From Octopus bimaculoides (Eukaryota): a DNA stretch of 64,000 nucleotides. The translations under genes and the position numbers were made by a program. Positions 52,000-64,000 of the stretch are shown one piece after another. Each line of letters begins with the position of its first letter. The stretch's first letter is position 1. The notes under the pieces are model-generated. The model was not told the origin of the DNA, ran no database searches, and saw only the letters and a program-made list of their open reading frames with translations. The stretch spans positions 16,741,531 through 16,805,530 of the forward strand of contig NC_069003.1 in NCBI RefSeq assembly GCF_001194135.2, given 5' to 3'.

Positions 52000-52675
52000 A
52001 CACATATATATGTACACATCCCTTCAGGTAGATGGTCCTGCCTGATCTATAGAAAAGGCGTAGGTAGAAACTCCATAAGATGTACCTGGTATAAGCTATA
52101 GACACATAAGAGGTGCAGCAGTATCAAAGGAAGGCTAACTGGGGAGATAGATTTTGTGTGTGCCAGATGTAAAGGGGCAATAAACACTGAAAATGTGCCG
52201 ACAACAGCTTCTGTCACATTCCAGGGGGAAAAACTAGCAGTAGCTGATAGCTTCCGTTGTCTAGGTGACTCTAAGATCATAGCTGCTAGAATAAGAATAG
52301 CTTGGGCAAAGTTCAGAGAGCTCCTACTTCTCCTGGAAACAAAGGGTCTCTCACTCAGAGTGAAAGGTAGACTGTATGATGCATGCGTATTATGAACCAT
52401 ACTACACAGCAGTGACACATGGGCTGTGACTGCTGAGGACATCTGTAAACTTGCAAGAAATGAAGCTAGTATGCTCTGCTGGATGTATAATGTCAGTGTG
52501 CATAAACGACAGAGTGTAAGCACTCTGAGAGAAAAGTTGGACATAAGAGGGATCAGATGTGGTGTGCAAGAAAGACAACTGTGCTGGTATGGTCATGTGT
52601 AGCGTATGGATGAGGACAGCTGTATTAAAAAGTGTCACACCCTAACAGTGGAAGGAACCCGTGGAAGAGGTAGAT
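52000..52675 (+). mobile_element. RTE LINE fragment (Cys-rich insert to C-terminus)
   Basis: [45 protein letters not shown]. Confidence 0.85.
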
Positions 52676-52689
52676 TTATATATATTTGT

Positions 52690-53500
52690 TACCAGCAGTA
52701 GCAGGAGCTCTCTGAACTTTACCCAGGCTATTCTTAATCTAGCAGCTATGCTCTCAGAACATTCACTCCTGCCACTGACTTAGTCACCTAGGTAATGGAA
52801 GCTATCAACTACTTCTAGTTTTTCCCACTGACATGTGACGGAAGCTGTTTTCTGCACATTTTCAGTGTTTATTGCCCTTGTGCATTTGTCACACACAAAA
52901 ACTGTCTTCCCAGTTAGTCTTCCTTTGATACTGCTGCACCTCTTATGTGTCTAAAGCTTACACTGGGTACATCTTATGGAATTCCTACTTATGCCTTTTC
53001 TACAGATTGAGTAGGGCCATATACCTGAAGGGATTTGTGATTTGTCTGCCTTCTTACTTACTAAAATTTTGGTTTTTGCTAGATTCACTCTAAGGCTCTT
53101 CGATTCTAGACCTTGCTTCCACACCTGAAACTTCTCCTCTAGTTCTGATAGTGACTCAGCAATTAGAGCAAGGTCATCAGCATAGAGGAGCTCCTAGAGG
53201 CATCCTGTCTTGAATTCCTCTGTTATTGCCTGGAGGACTATGATGAATAAGAAGGGGTTGAGGACAGAAACTTGGTGGACCCCTACATCTTCATTATACT
53301 CGGAATTCTTCTCTATATTCGTTGCCAACCTTCACCTTACTTACAGCATCTCTGTACATGGCTTGTACAGCTCTCACTAACCATTCATCTATCCCTACTG
53401 TCAAAGGCTTTCTCAATGTCAATGAAAGCCAAGTACAGAGGTTTATCTTTGGCTAGGTATTTCTCCTGTAGCTGTCTTTCCAGAAATATAGCATCAGTGT
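52690..53500 (-). mobile_element. RTE LINE RT fragment, convergent with the previous copy
   Basis: Reverse complement carries RT-region motifs ending ELLYADDL and overlaps the same region as 52000-52340. Confidence 0.85.
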
Positions 53501-54812
53501 CGCTTCTCATATATATATATATATATATATATGAACTAGCCGGTATACAGCACTTACTCGGTATTACCTGTATCTTTGGGTTTAGTTAAATCCAATACCT
53601 TTCTTAACCTTATATATATATATATATATATATATCATAATATTAGGGATAAGAATCCAAAGTTACAGGTTAGAATTCAATTAAAATCAATTTATTAAAA
53701 ATTAAAATTAAATTAAGTTTCACNNNNNNNNNNNNNNNNNNNNNNNNNNNNNNNNNNNNNNNNNNNNNNNNNNNNNNNNNNNNNNNNNNNNNNNNNNNNN
53801 NNNNNNNNNNNNNNNNNNNNNNNNNNNNNNNNNNNNNNNNNNNNNNNNNNNNNNNNNNNNNNNNNNNNNNNNNNNNNNNNNNNNNNNNNNNNNNNNNNNN
53901 NNNNNNNNNNNNNNNNNNNNNNNNNNNNNNNNNNNNNNNNNNNNNNNNNNNNNNNNNNNNNNNNNNNNNNNNNNNNNNNNNNNNNNNNNNNNNNNNNNNN
54001 NNNNNNNNNNNNNNNNNNNNNNNNNNNNNNNNNNNNNNNNNNNNNNNNNNNNNNNNNNNNNNNNNNNNNNNNNNNNNNNNNNNNNNNNNNNNNNNNNNNN
54101 NNNNNNNNNNNNNNNNNNNNNNNNNNNNNNNNNNNNNNNNNNNNNNNNNNNNNNNNNNNNNNNNNNNNNNNNNNNNNNNNNNNNNNNNNNNNNNNNNNNN
54201 NNNNNNNNNNNNNNNNNNNNNNNNNNNNNNNNNNNNNNNNNNNNNNNNNNNNNNNNNNNNNNNNNNNNNNNNNNNNNNNNNNNNNNNNNNNNNNNNNNNN
54301 NNNNNNNNNNNNNNNNNNNNNNNNNNNNNNNNNNNNNNNNNNNNNNNNNNNNNNNNNNNNNNNNNNNNNNNNNNNNNNNNNNNNNNNNNNNNNNNNNNNN
54401 NNNNNNNNNNNNNNNNNNNNNNNNNNNNNNNNNNNNNNNNNNNNNNNNNNNNNNNNNNNNNNNNNNNNNNNNNNNNNNNNNNNNNNNNNNNNNNNNNNNN
54501 NNNNNNNNNNNNNNNNNNNNNNNNNNNNNNNNNNNNNNNNNNNNNNNNNNNNNNNNNNNNNNNNNNNNNNNNNNNNNNNNNNNNNNNNNNNNNNNNNNNN
54601 NNNNNNNNNNNNNNNNNNNNNNNNNNNNNNNNCACGTAAAAGCACCCACTACACTCTCTGAGTGGTTGGCGTTAGGAAGAGCATCCAGCTGTAGAAACTC
54701 TGCCAAATTAGATTGGAGCCTGGTGTAGCCATCTGGTTGCACCAGTCCTCAGTCAAATCGTCCAACCCATGCTAGCATGGAAAGCGGACGTTAAACAATG
54801 ATGACGATGATG

Positions 54813-54850
<38 letters not shown>

Positions 54851-54967
54851 GTTGTTATGACCACTATAGCAATAATGTCACTACCTCAGTAATGATATCA
54901 TTATTTTTTTCTGTATATAAGTTATCATCGATCTTCAAATCTCACTAGCTGATATCTTTGTTGATAT

Positions 54968-56303
54968 TTGAGTGAAAGGTAGACTGTATGATGTATGTGC
55001 ATGAACAGCCATGCTACACAGCAGTGAAACATGGGTTGTGACTGCTGAGGACACACATAGGCTTGAAAGAAGTGAAGCTTATGCTCTGCTGGATGTGTAA
55101 TGCCAGTGTGCATACACGACAGAGTGTAAGTGCCCTGAGAGAAAAGTTGGACTTAAGAAGCATCAGATGTGGTATGTAAGACTGACGACTGCGTTGGTAT
55201 GGTCATGTATTGCATATGGATGAGGACAGCTGTGTGAAGAAGTGTCACACCCTGACAGTGGAGGGAACCTGTGGAAGAGAGAGACAGTGAAACATGGGCT
55301 GCAACTGCTGAGAACATGCATAGGCTTGAAAGAAATGAAGCTAGTATGATCTACTGTGCATACACAACAGAGTGTAAGTGCCCTGAGAGAAAAGATGTGG
55401 TGTGCAAGACAGACAACTGCACTGGTATGATTATGTATTGCATATGGATGAGGACAGCTGTGTGAAGTGTCATACCCTAACAGTGGGGGGAACCTGTGGA
55501 AGAGATAGACCCCCCAAGAAGATATGGGATGAGGTGGTGAAGCATGACCTTTGAACGTTGGGCTTCATGGAGGCAATGACAAGCAACCAAGACCTTTGGC
55601 GATATGCTATGCCAAGCACGTCAAGTGTGACCATAACCATGGCCTATGCCAGTGTAGCATAATCGGCCCATTTAAGAGTATCCTTCAATCATTGGGCAAT
55701 AAACTGTGCTTGAGAAGACCTATTGAATCAAGTGAAATCATTGTCGTGGCCGATGCCAGTACCACCTGACTGACACATAAAAAGCACCATTCGAGCGTGG
55801 CTTTTACCAGTGCCACCTGACTGGCTCCCATGCTGGTGCCATATAAGAAGCACCATTTGAGCATGGTCAATGCCAGTACCACCTGACTGGCACGTAAAAA
55901 GCACCCACTACACTCTTGGAGTGGTTGACGTTAGGAGGGGCATCCAGCTGTAGAAACCTTGCCAGATCATAAGGCAGTGAGCTGGCAGAAATGTTAGCAC
56001 GCCGGGCGAAATGCTTAGTGGTATTTCGTCTGCCGTTATGTTCTGAGTTCAAATTCTGCTGAGGTCATCTTAGCCTTTCATCCTTTCGGGGTCGATAAAT
56101 TAAGTACCAGTTACGCACTGGAATCATTGTAATCAATTTAATCCCTTTGTCTGTCCTTGTTTGTCCCCTCTGTGTTTAGCCCCTTGTGGGCAATAAAGAA
56201 ATAAGAAACCTTGCCAGATCAGATTGGAGCCTAGTGCAACCTCCTGAGTCAAACCGTCTGACCCATGCCAGCCTGGAAAGCGGACATTAAATGATGATTA
56301 TGA

Positions 56304-56305
<2 letters not shown>
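54968..56305 (+). mobile_element. 5'-truncated RTE LINE (duplicate of the 45746-46740 insertion), tail interrupted by a SINE
   Basis: Same 5' junction gatatctttgttgata(t/c)ttgagt|gaaaggtagactgtatg as at 46740; (gat)n tail at about 56290. Confidence 0.85.
55970..56203 (+). mobile_element. Full-length SINE with 18-bp TSD
   Basis: TSD agaaaccttgccagatca at 55952-55969 and 56204-56221; B-box gagttcaaattc. Confidence 0.92.
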
Positions 56306-56339
<34 letters not shown>

Positions 56340-56763
56340 GTACAATAAATTTTCATAAGGCAGAAATAAAAAGCAAGAAATCATATATTTGGTAATAGAG
56401 TCAGTATATTGTTTATACAATATTATACATACAGCCTCATAGCAGTCAATTCATAATCTTATGTTAAACAACCTTTCCAAGTCTTGAAATTGACAATCAT
56501 CAGACAAGGCTGGAAGGAAGAAGGGCATAGCCACTGTTTCAGTCTAACTAGTAATATCATTTAAACTCACAAATATATAAAGAACAACATTAACTTATTT
56601 ATTGTAGCATGAAATATAAAAGAGCATAATTTCCACATACATAAAGCTTGAAAAATCAAAAAAACATTTTAGCAGTTTAGTTAATTTTGGTGGCGGCGGC
56701 ACCAGTGGTGGTGGTGGTGGTGAGGGTTAGTATGGTGATGGTTATAAATATTGAACCACTTAC

Positions 56764-56867
56764 TTTTTTGAATGCCATGCCTGATCATGTGATGAGTGAC
56801 CTTTCCATATCTTGAACACAGTTGATACATTTTGGTGATGATACTGGGTTAAAACACAATAGCTAGC
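56764..56867 (-). other. Candidate isolated 104-nt coding exon
   Basis: Minus-strand acceptor ttcttcttctgcag| and donor |gtaagt; single open frame ASYCVLTQYHHQNVSTVFKIWKGHSSHDQAWHSK. Confidence 0.4.
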
Positions 56868-56889
56868 CTGCAGAAGAAGAATATATATC

Positions 56890-56928
<39 letters not shown>

Positions 56929-56939
56929 ATGATCATCAT

Positions 56940-58930
56940 CATTATTTAACGTCTGCTTTCCATGTTGGTATGGGTTAGACGGTTTAACCGGAACTGGTAA
57001 GCCAGAGAGCTGCATTGGATTCCAGTCTGATCTGGCATAATTTTTTATGGCTAGATGCCCTTCTTAAAGCCAGCCACTCTGAGAGTGTAATACGTGCCTT
57101 TTACATGCCACCGGCATGGGTGCCATTTATATGACACCGGTAAGAGCCATGGCTATGATTTTTGTGTGTCATTTACATGACTTTGGCAAAAGTCATGACT
57201 ATGGTTTCATTTGGCTTGAGAAATCTACACTTAGCTTGACAAGCACAGCATATCATCAAAGTCTCAGTCACTCTTCATCACCTTGGTGAGGCTCAACATT
57301 CAAAGATCATGCTTCATCACCTCATCCCTTGCCGCTATGAAGCTCAACATTTGAATGTCATACTACCAGCAACGGCCACAACTACAATTTCATGAGTACC
57401 ATTTACAAGACACTTGCAACCTCCATAACTACAATTTCACTTGGCTTGACAAGTCTTCTTGAGCACAACATATCACCAAAGGTCTCTGTCACTATTCATC
57501 ACCTCTGTGAGGTCCAACATTGTAAGATCATGCCTTGCCACCTCATTCCATGTCTTCCTGGGTCTATATCATTATCATCATCATCATTTAACATCCGTTG
57601 TCCATGCTAGCATGGGTTGGACGTTTTGACCAGGGCTGGCAAACTGAGGGGCTGCATCAGACTCCAGTCTTATTTGGCATGGTGCTTTTTATGTGCCACT
57701 GGCATGGATGCCTGTTACAAGACACCAGTATCAGCCACATTGCCTCTATGAGGCCCAATGTTCAAATGGTGCTTTTTATGTGCCACCAGCACGGTGCCAT
57801 TTACATGACACCAGCAACAGCCACAACTACAATTTCATGGGTGCTATTTACATAACACTGGTAATGGCCATGACTATGATTTCACTTGGCTTGATGAATC
57901 TTCTCAAGCACCATCTATCGCCAAAGTTTTGGTCACTTGCCATCACCTCTGTGAGGCCCAACATTTAAAGATCATGCTACCAGCAATGGCTACAACTTAC
58001 AATCTCACTTGACTTGATGAATTTTCTCAAGCTCCACATATCACCAAATGTCTCAGTCACTTGTCAGATCAGACATCTCCATGAGGCCCAACATTTGAAG
58101 ATCATGTTACCAGCAATGGCTACCAGCTATTGCTACCTCTTCCACAGTTAGGGCTCAGCACTTCTTCACACGGTTGTCCTCATCCATCCACATCACGTGA
58201 CCATACCAGTGCATTTGTCTCTCTTGAACAATTCTTATGCCTCTTATGCCCAGTTTTTCTCTCAAGACACTTACACTCTGTTGTACATACTCACTGACAT
58301 TGTACATCCAGCGAAGCATGCTAGCTTCATTTCTTTCAAGCTTACACATGTCCTCTGCAGTCATAGCCCACAATTCACTGCTGTGTAGCATGGCTGTTGA
58401 CACACAGGCATCATATAGTCAGCCTTTCATTCTGAGCAAGAGGCCCTTTGTAACCAACACAGGCAGGAGCTCTCTGAACTTTGCCCACCCTATTCTTATT
58501 CTAGCAGCAACACTCTCAGAGCATCCACCTCTACTGCTGACTTGGTCACCTAGATAACGGAAGCTATCAACTATTTTTAGGTGTCCCTCCCCTCGTATTT
58601 GATGGAGTCAATTTTCTATACATTTCTAGTGTTTATTGTACCTGTACATCTGTCACATACAAAGACTATTTTCCCTGTTAACCTTCCCCTGACATTGCTG
58701 CATCTCTTATGTGTCCATAGGCTGCACCCAGGAAAATCTTATTGAGTTTCTACCTATGCTTTTTCTACATGTCAAGCAGGGCCATCTACCTGAAGAGATT
58801 TGTGATTTGTCTGCTTTCCTACTTACTAAGACTTTGGCTTTTGCTAAATTAACTCTAAGGCCTTTTGATTCTAGACCTCACTTCCACACCTGAAACTTCT
58901 CTAGTTCTAGTAGTGATTCAGCTATAAGAA
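56940..58930 (-). mobile_element. Cluster of RTE LINE copies and tandemly amplified 3' modules
   Basis: Two (cat)n tails (56930, 57570), repeated roughly 120-bp ttcacttggcttga...gaggcccaacattt modules, RT C-terminal motifs at 58150-58930. Confidence 0.85.
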
Positions 58931-59201
58931 CAAGGTCATCAGTATGGAAGAGCTCTATGTATTTTCTATGTGTATGTATGTGTATATGTGATATCTAAAT
59001 ATGTGTACATATAATATCAGGTGCGTATATATCATGTTACTCTGTGGAATCTTTTACAATATGAACTTAATTTAATGAGTAGGTAAAAAGGTTTTTTTGT
59101 TTTCCATAATTCACATCGTTTTTGTATTGAGTTTCTAAGTTATAGTTAATTGTTTATTATCTTAAAACATTTTGATATAACTCATCATATGTTAAAGTGT
59201 G

Positions 59202-59241
<40 letters not shown>

Positions 59242-60049
59242 CACGTGCGCATGCATGTGCGCACGCGCGTGTATGTACTGGGCATAAGAGAAATCAGATG
59301 CAGCATGCAGAAAGACATGAGATGAAGCAGCGAGGACCGATCTCAAAATGTTGAGGCCTTGTAGAGGAAATGATAATGGACTGAGATGTCTAGTGATATG
59401 AGGTTCTTGAGAAGTCCTGCCCTCCTCACAGAAACTGAGTTCTGGAAGTGCTTTGTGTTCCATCCACATGTAGCATTAAATTATTCACTCATCCTACCCA
59501 ATAAATCAAACTACATCTCTTTTTCTTCTCTTCTTCATATTTCTTATTTTATATGCACTATGCTTATATTTCCTTCCCCACCCTTGTGGCCCAATCCTAT
59601 CCTTCCTGCCCTGTTCACTGTATCATTGCTATCCTGTTGTCCTTCCTACATATACCAAGGTTTCACTAGTCATTGCTACCCCCACTCTCCTCTCTTTTTG
59701 TATTCATCTAAACTCCTTACTCATGTACTTTTGGTAATCCTCTACCATTTATTTATATTCTCATCCTTGTACCAAGAAAGTATGTTCTAGCACATCACCA
59801 TCATATTTCTTGCTCTCTTCCACTCTCATTCTCATTCATTCTCGCTCATTCTCTTCCTCTCTCTATCTCTCTCTCTCTCACTCTCTTTCACTTTCTCCCT
59901 CTAACTGGGGTAACAATGTATCAATCTCTACAGCAAAACACCAGCTTCTGTCTCTCTGTCATACTCTAACCTGTCATAACTTGACACAAAGCCACCTCCT
60001 CCAATATCACTCCACCTCTCAAAGGATCTTTGTCTTGCAGGTTATTTTA

Positions 60050-60446
60050 TGACTTTGCCTGTGCTGGTGCCATATGAAAAGTACCCTGTCCACTCTGTAA
60101 GTTGGTTGGCATTAGGAAGAGCATCCAACTGTAAAAACTATGCCAAACAGACCTCACTTGTGCTGATGTTGGTGCAATGTAAAAAGCACCCAGGCCACTC
60201 TGTAAAGTGGTTGGCATTAGGAAAGGCATCCGACCATGAAAACCATGCCAAAACAGACCTTGCCATTGCTGGTGCCACATAAAAGCACTCAGTCCATTCT
60301 GTAAAGTGGATGGTGCTGGAAAGGGCATCCATTTGTAAAAACCATGCAAAAACATACAGTGGAGCTTGGTGCCATCCTCTGGCTTGCCAACTCCTGTGAA
60401 ACCAGCCAACCCATGCCATCATGGAAGACAAACATTAAATGATGAT
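60050..60446 (+). mobile_element. RTE-tail element with a triplicated internal module
   Basis: ccactctgtaaagtggttggcattagga...gcatcc...aaaccatgccaaaacagac present three times; (gat)n tail. Confidence 0.75.
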
Positions 60447-60471
60447 GATAATGATGATATATATACATGTG

Positions 60472-60514
<43 letters not shown>

Positions 60515-61236
60515 ACGTGTGCATGTGTGTGTGTGTATGTGTATCTATTTGTGTATGAGTATACACATACACATACATAAATAAATTATTTGTTATCAAA
60601 GTCAAAACAGCCATTTAGAGACAGATAAGTTATTTTAATTAGTCAAAAATATTCTCTTAAAGTACAGAAGGAGTACAATGACTATGAACAGAGGAGGAAA
60701 AAAAATCTTTGAACCAGGTTATACTTAATTCAACCAGAGAATATGTATATGTATGTGTATGAGAGAAAGAGAGAGAGAGAAAGAGAGAGCGAGAGAAAGA
60801 GAGATTGAGAAAGAGTGAGAGAGAGAGAGAAAGAGAGTGTGTGTATGTGAATGTGTGTATATAAGTGTATGTGTGAATGTGTGCATATAAGTGTGTGTGT
60901 ATGCGTCATCCTTGCAAGTAAGTTTTAACTTTATATTTCTGACGCGACTCTATCTTTGTTTCTTTCTCCCCCTCTCGTTCTTCCATCTGTTGTTCTTTGC
61001 CTCTCCCCTTCACTACTATATCTCTCTCTTCCTCCCTGTCTCTTGCTGCTCACCTATATTCTACTTCCTCCCCTTTTTCTCCCTCTACCACTCTTTCTCC
61101 TTACCCCTCGCTGGTCACATGTGCCCAGCTACGTCTTTTTGCAACGTCCTGTACCCAGATATGCATCTATATATAGATGTAGATGTAGGTATGTACATAC
61201 ATGTACGTATATATGCATATACTCATATATTTTTTG

Positions 61237-61333
<97 letters not shown>

Positions 61334-61384
61334 TACACACACATATATACATTGCACACAGATATTCTAAAAAGTAAATAGCCA

Positions 61385-62445
61385 CCCCAAGATGCAGTTT
61401 GGTTTTGTGCCAAGGAGAAGCACCACTGATGCTATATTTCTGGTAAGACAGCTGCAGGAGATAAACCTCTGTACTTGCCTTTTGTTGACATGGAGAAAGC
61501 CTTTGACAGGGTTCCCCAATCCCTTATATGGTGGTCAATCTGGTAACTATGGATAGACAAGTGGTTGGTGAGAGCTGCCAGGGATGCTGTCAGTAAGGTG
61601 AGTGTTGGCAATGAATATAACAAAAATTTCTGGGTAGAGGTAGGGGTTCATCAAGGATCAGTCCTTAGCCCCGCCTTGTTCATCATAGTCCTCCAGGCAA
61701 TAACAGAGGAATTTAAGACAGGCTGCCTCTGGGAGCTCCTATATGCTGATGACCTTGTTCTTATAGCTGAATTACCACCTGAACTAGAGAAGTTTAAGGC
61801 GTGGAGGCAAGATCTAGAATTGAAGAGCCTTAGGGTTAACCAAGCAAAACCCAAAGTCTTACTAAGTAAGAAAGTAGACAAATCAGAAATCCCTTCAAAT
61901 AGATGACCCTGCTTGGTCTGTAGGAAAGGTATAGGTAGAAACTTCATAAGATGTACCCAGTGCAACCAATGAACTCATAAAGGGCACAGCAATATCAGAG
62001 AAAGGTTAACAGTTTTTGTATGTGGAAGGTGAACAGGTACGATTAAAACTAAAAATGTATAGGAAATAGACTCCTTCAAATGCCAAGGGGAAAAACTAGA
62101 AGTAGTTGATAGCTTCCATTATCTAGGTGACCAAGTGAATAGTAGGGGTGAATGCTCCGAGAGTGCAGCTGCTGGAATAAGAATAGGTTGGGCAAAGTCC
62201 AGAGAGCTCCTACCTGTGTTGATAACAAAGGGCCTCTCCCTCCAAGTGAAAAGCAGATTGTATGATGCCTGTGTGCAAACATGCTATGCAGCAGTGAAAC
62301 ATGGGTTGTGACTGCAGTGAACATGTGTAGGCTTGAAAGAAATGAAGCAAGCATGCTTCACTGGATGTACAATGTCAGTGTGCATGCATGACAGAGTGTA
62401 AGTGTCTTGAGAGAAAAGTTGGGCATAAGAGGCATCAGCTGATGT
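61385..62445 (+). mobile_element. RTE LINE RT fragment
   Basis: FVDMEKAFDRVP, GVHQGSVLSPALFIIV, WELLYADDLVL, Cys-rich insert, ETW...MLHW. Confidence 0.93.
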
Positions 62446-62449
62446 TTGT

Positions 62450-62939
62450 AGAGACCACAGCTTATGGAGAACTAGCCCATAGATTTTGAAAAGCTCTGAA
62501 GGAGGCTAAACTCAACATTAAGATCGTCGAAAAGCCAGAGAGCTCCATCAGATCACAACTATGTAGGACGTACCCCTTTGAGAATACCACATGCACCAAT
62601 GATAACTGCATGGTATGTAAGATTAACCCTGGCATTAACTAGAAATGTAGTCTACAGCATAAAGTGCATAGTGGGTGCTTGTAAAGACAAGAACATAATA
62701 TACATAGTGAGACATTTAGAAGCAGTGCGGAGAGACTAAATGAACATTTGAGACTATATGACGACAAAAATCCATCCTCCATACTCTACCAACATGCCAA
62801 AGACCAACATGGAGTCAAACAGGGTCAACTTGACATCTGCATTTTATCCAAGCACCCGAAGGACACAACACTCAGACAAGTACAAGAGTACGTCCTCATT
62901 GATGAAACATTTCCAGTACTAAAGAGGAAATATACATAG
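62450..62939 (+). mobile_element. Penelope-like GIY-YIG endonuclease C-terminal remnant
   Basis: CTNDNCMVC, frameshifted YI(G)ETFRSSAERLNEH, SILYQHAKDQH, RQVQEYVLI...PVL. Confidence 0.75.
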
Positions 62940-63574
62940 GTGTCATACCTACAGTTTATATAGTCACACAAACCCATATACAGACACACACAAGCATGCA
63001 CACACAGGGAGACAGAGGTACACACACAAACACACACACACATACAGACACAAACATACATACACACACAAACATAGCCACAAATACACACGCACAAACA
63101 CACACAAACTCACACGAACATGAACACACAAGCACATGGATATGCAGAATACATACATACATACATACAAACATGTATACATGCATACACGCATATGTAT
63201 ATGCATACACATGCACACGTACATGCATATACACAGACATACAGTGTACATACATACATACAAACGTGCACATATGCATACATGCATACACACACATACA
63301 TACATGCATACACATGTGTATGCGCACGCACACGCATGGACACAAAAAAAAAAAAAAAAGAACGCAGTCCCGATAACAAACAGAGTTAACGACTATTGAA
63401 AAGGTTGCAAGACGCAACAAAAATTTTAGTAAAAATAAATAAGCAAATGAGTGGAAATCAGACTGGTGAGTGTGTTAAATTAAGGCACTAAAAGAGAATA
63501 ACTCTTCCCAGACACAATGAAATATGCTTCAACACACAAATTCACATAAAGAATCTTGCAAACAAAATATAAAA

Positions 63575-64000
63575 ACCAAATATTTTTTTTATTTCGTCAA
63601 AAGCCTTTTGGCAATTTTCCAACCAATTCCATTTCATATCTTTTTTTTCAGCAGATTATTCACTGCATATTTGGAATATAATTTTGGTAATAATTTGCCA
63701 ATCCTAAAAATGCTTGTAAGGTCACTATATTAGTTTGGGGGGGGGGCGTATTTTTTATTGCATCTGCTCTTGACGGGTCTGTTTGAAGTCCATTTCTGTC
63801 AATGATTTGTCCTAAATATCTTATTTTCGGTAAGAAAAAACCACACTTTTCCTCGCTCAAAGTAAAGCCGAAATCCCTAATTTTTTCAAATATATATTTT
63901 ATGAGCTCTACATGTTGATCCCTGGATTCGCTTTTAATGAGTATATCATTCAGATATGGAATTGCGAATATTTCTAAATTTCTTTTCAATTCGTCTGACG
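63575..64000 (-). mobile_element. Ty3/Gypsy pol (RT/connection) remnant
   Basis: PYLNDILI (YLDD decayed), KCGFF...YLGQII, LQAFLGLANYY, LLKKDMKWNW..CQKAFDEIK. Confidence 0.93.

Noticed and set aside
60663-60712. Possible terminal exon QKEYNDYEQRRKKNL*
   Set aside because: Short, modest acceptor and no linked upstream exon; could be chance.
62956-63420. Long ORFs rich in CV/HT/YI here and across the window, and ORFs running through N gaps
   Set aside because: Translations of dinucleotide/tetranucleotide microsatellites or of Ns.

Overview
AT-rich, microsatellite-dense eukaryotic scaffold with many N gaps. The repeat inventory (tRNA-derived SINEs, RTE LINEs with (GAT)n tails and a Cys-rich insert, TA/CA/TACA arrays) looks like an Octopus-type cephalopod genome; this is an inference from repeat recognition. 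Almost all recognisable coding sequence is decayed transposon: three Helitron Rep/helicase remnants (one with an intact 3' hairpin+CTAG end and STPR-like N-terminal repeats), a hAT (Buster/Charlie-like) remnant, two mariners, two tandem R4/Dong-like RLE LINEs, several RTE and Penelope-like fragments and a Gypsy pol fragment. The main non-TE signal is a candidate two-coding-exon host gene of about 152 aa (ATG 44377, GT-AG intron 44401-44812, stop ending 45247) lying about 1.2 kb downstream of an RFX X-box. A few isolated exon candidates also occur. Other points of interest: a hammerhead-like motif with a non-canonical CUGU core, several long palindromes/foldbacks, and an inverted duplication (46.4-46.9 kb vs 54.8-55.6 kb) containing a near-identical patch. 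No CRISPR, rRNA or true tRNA gene was supported. All calls were made by eye and no database searches were run.
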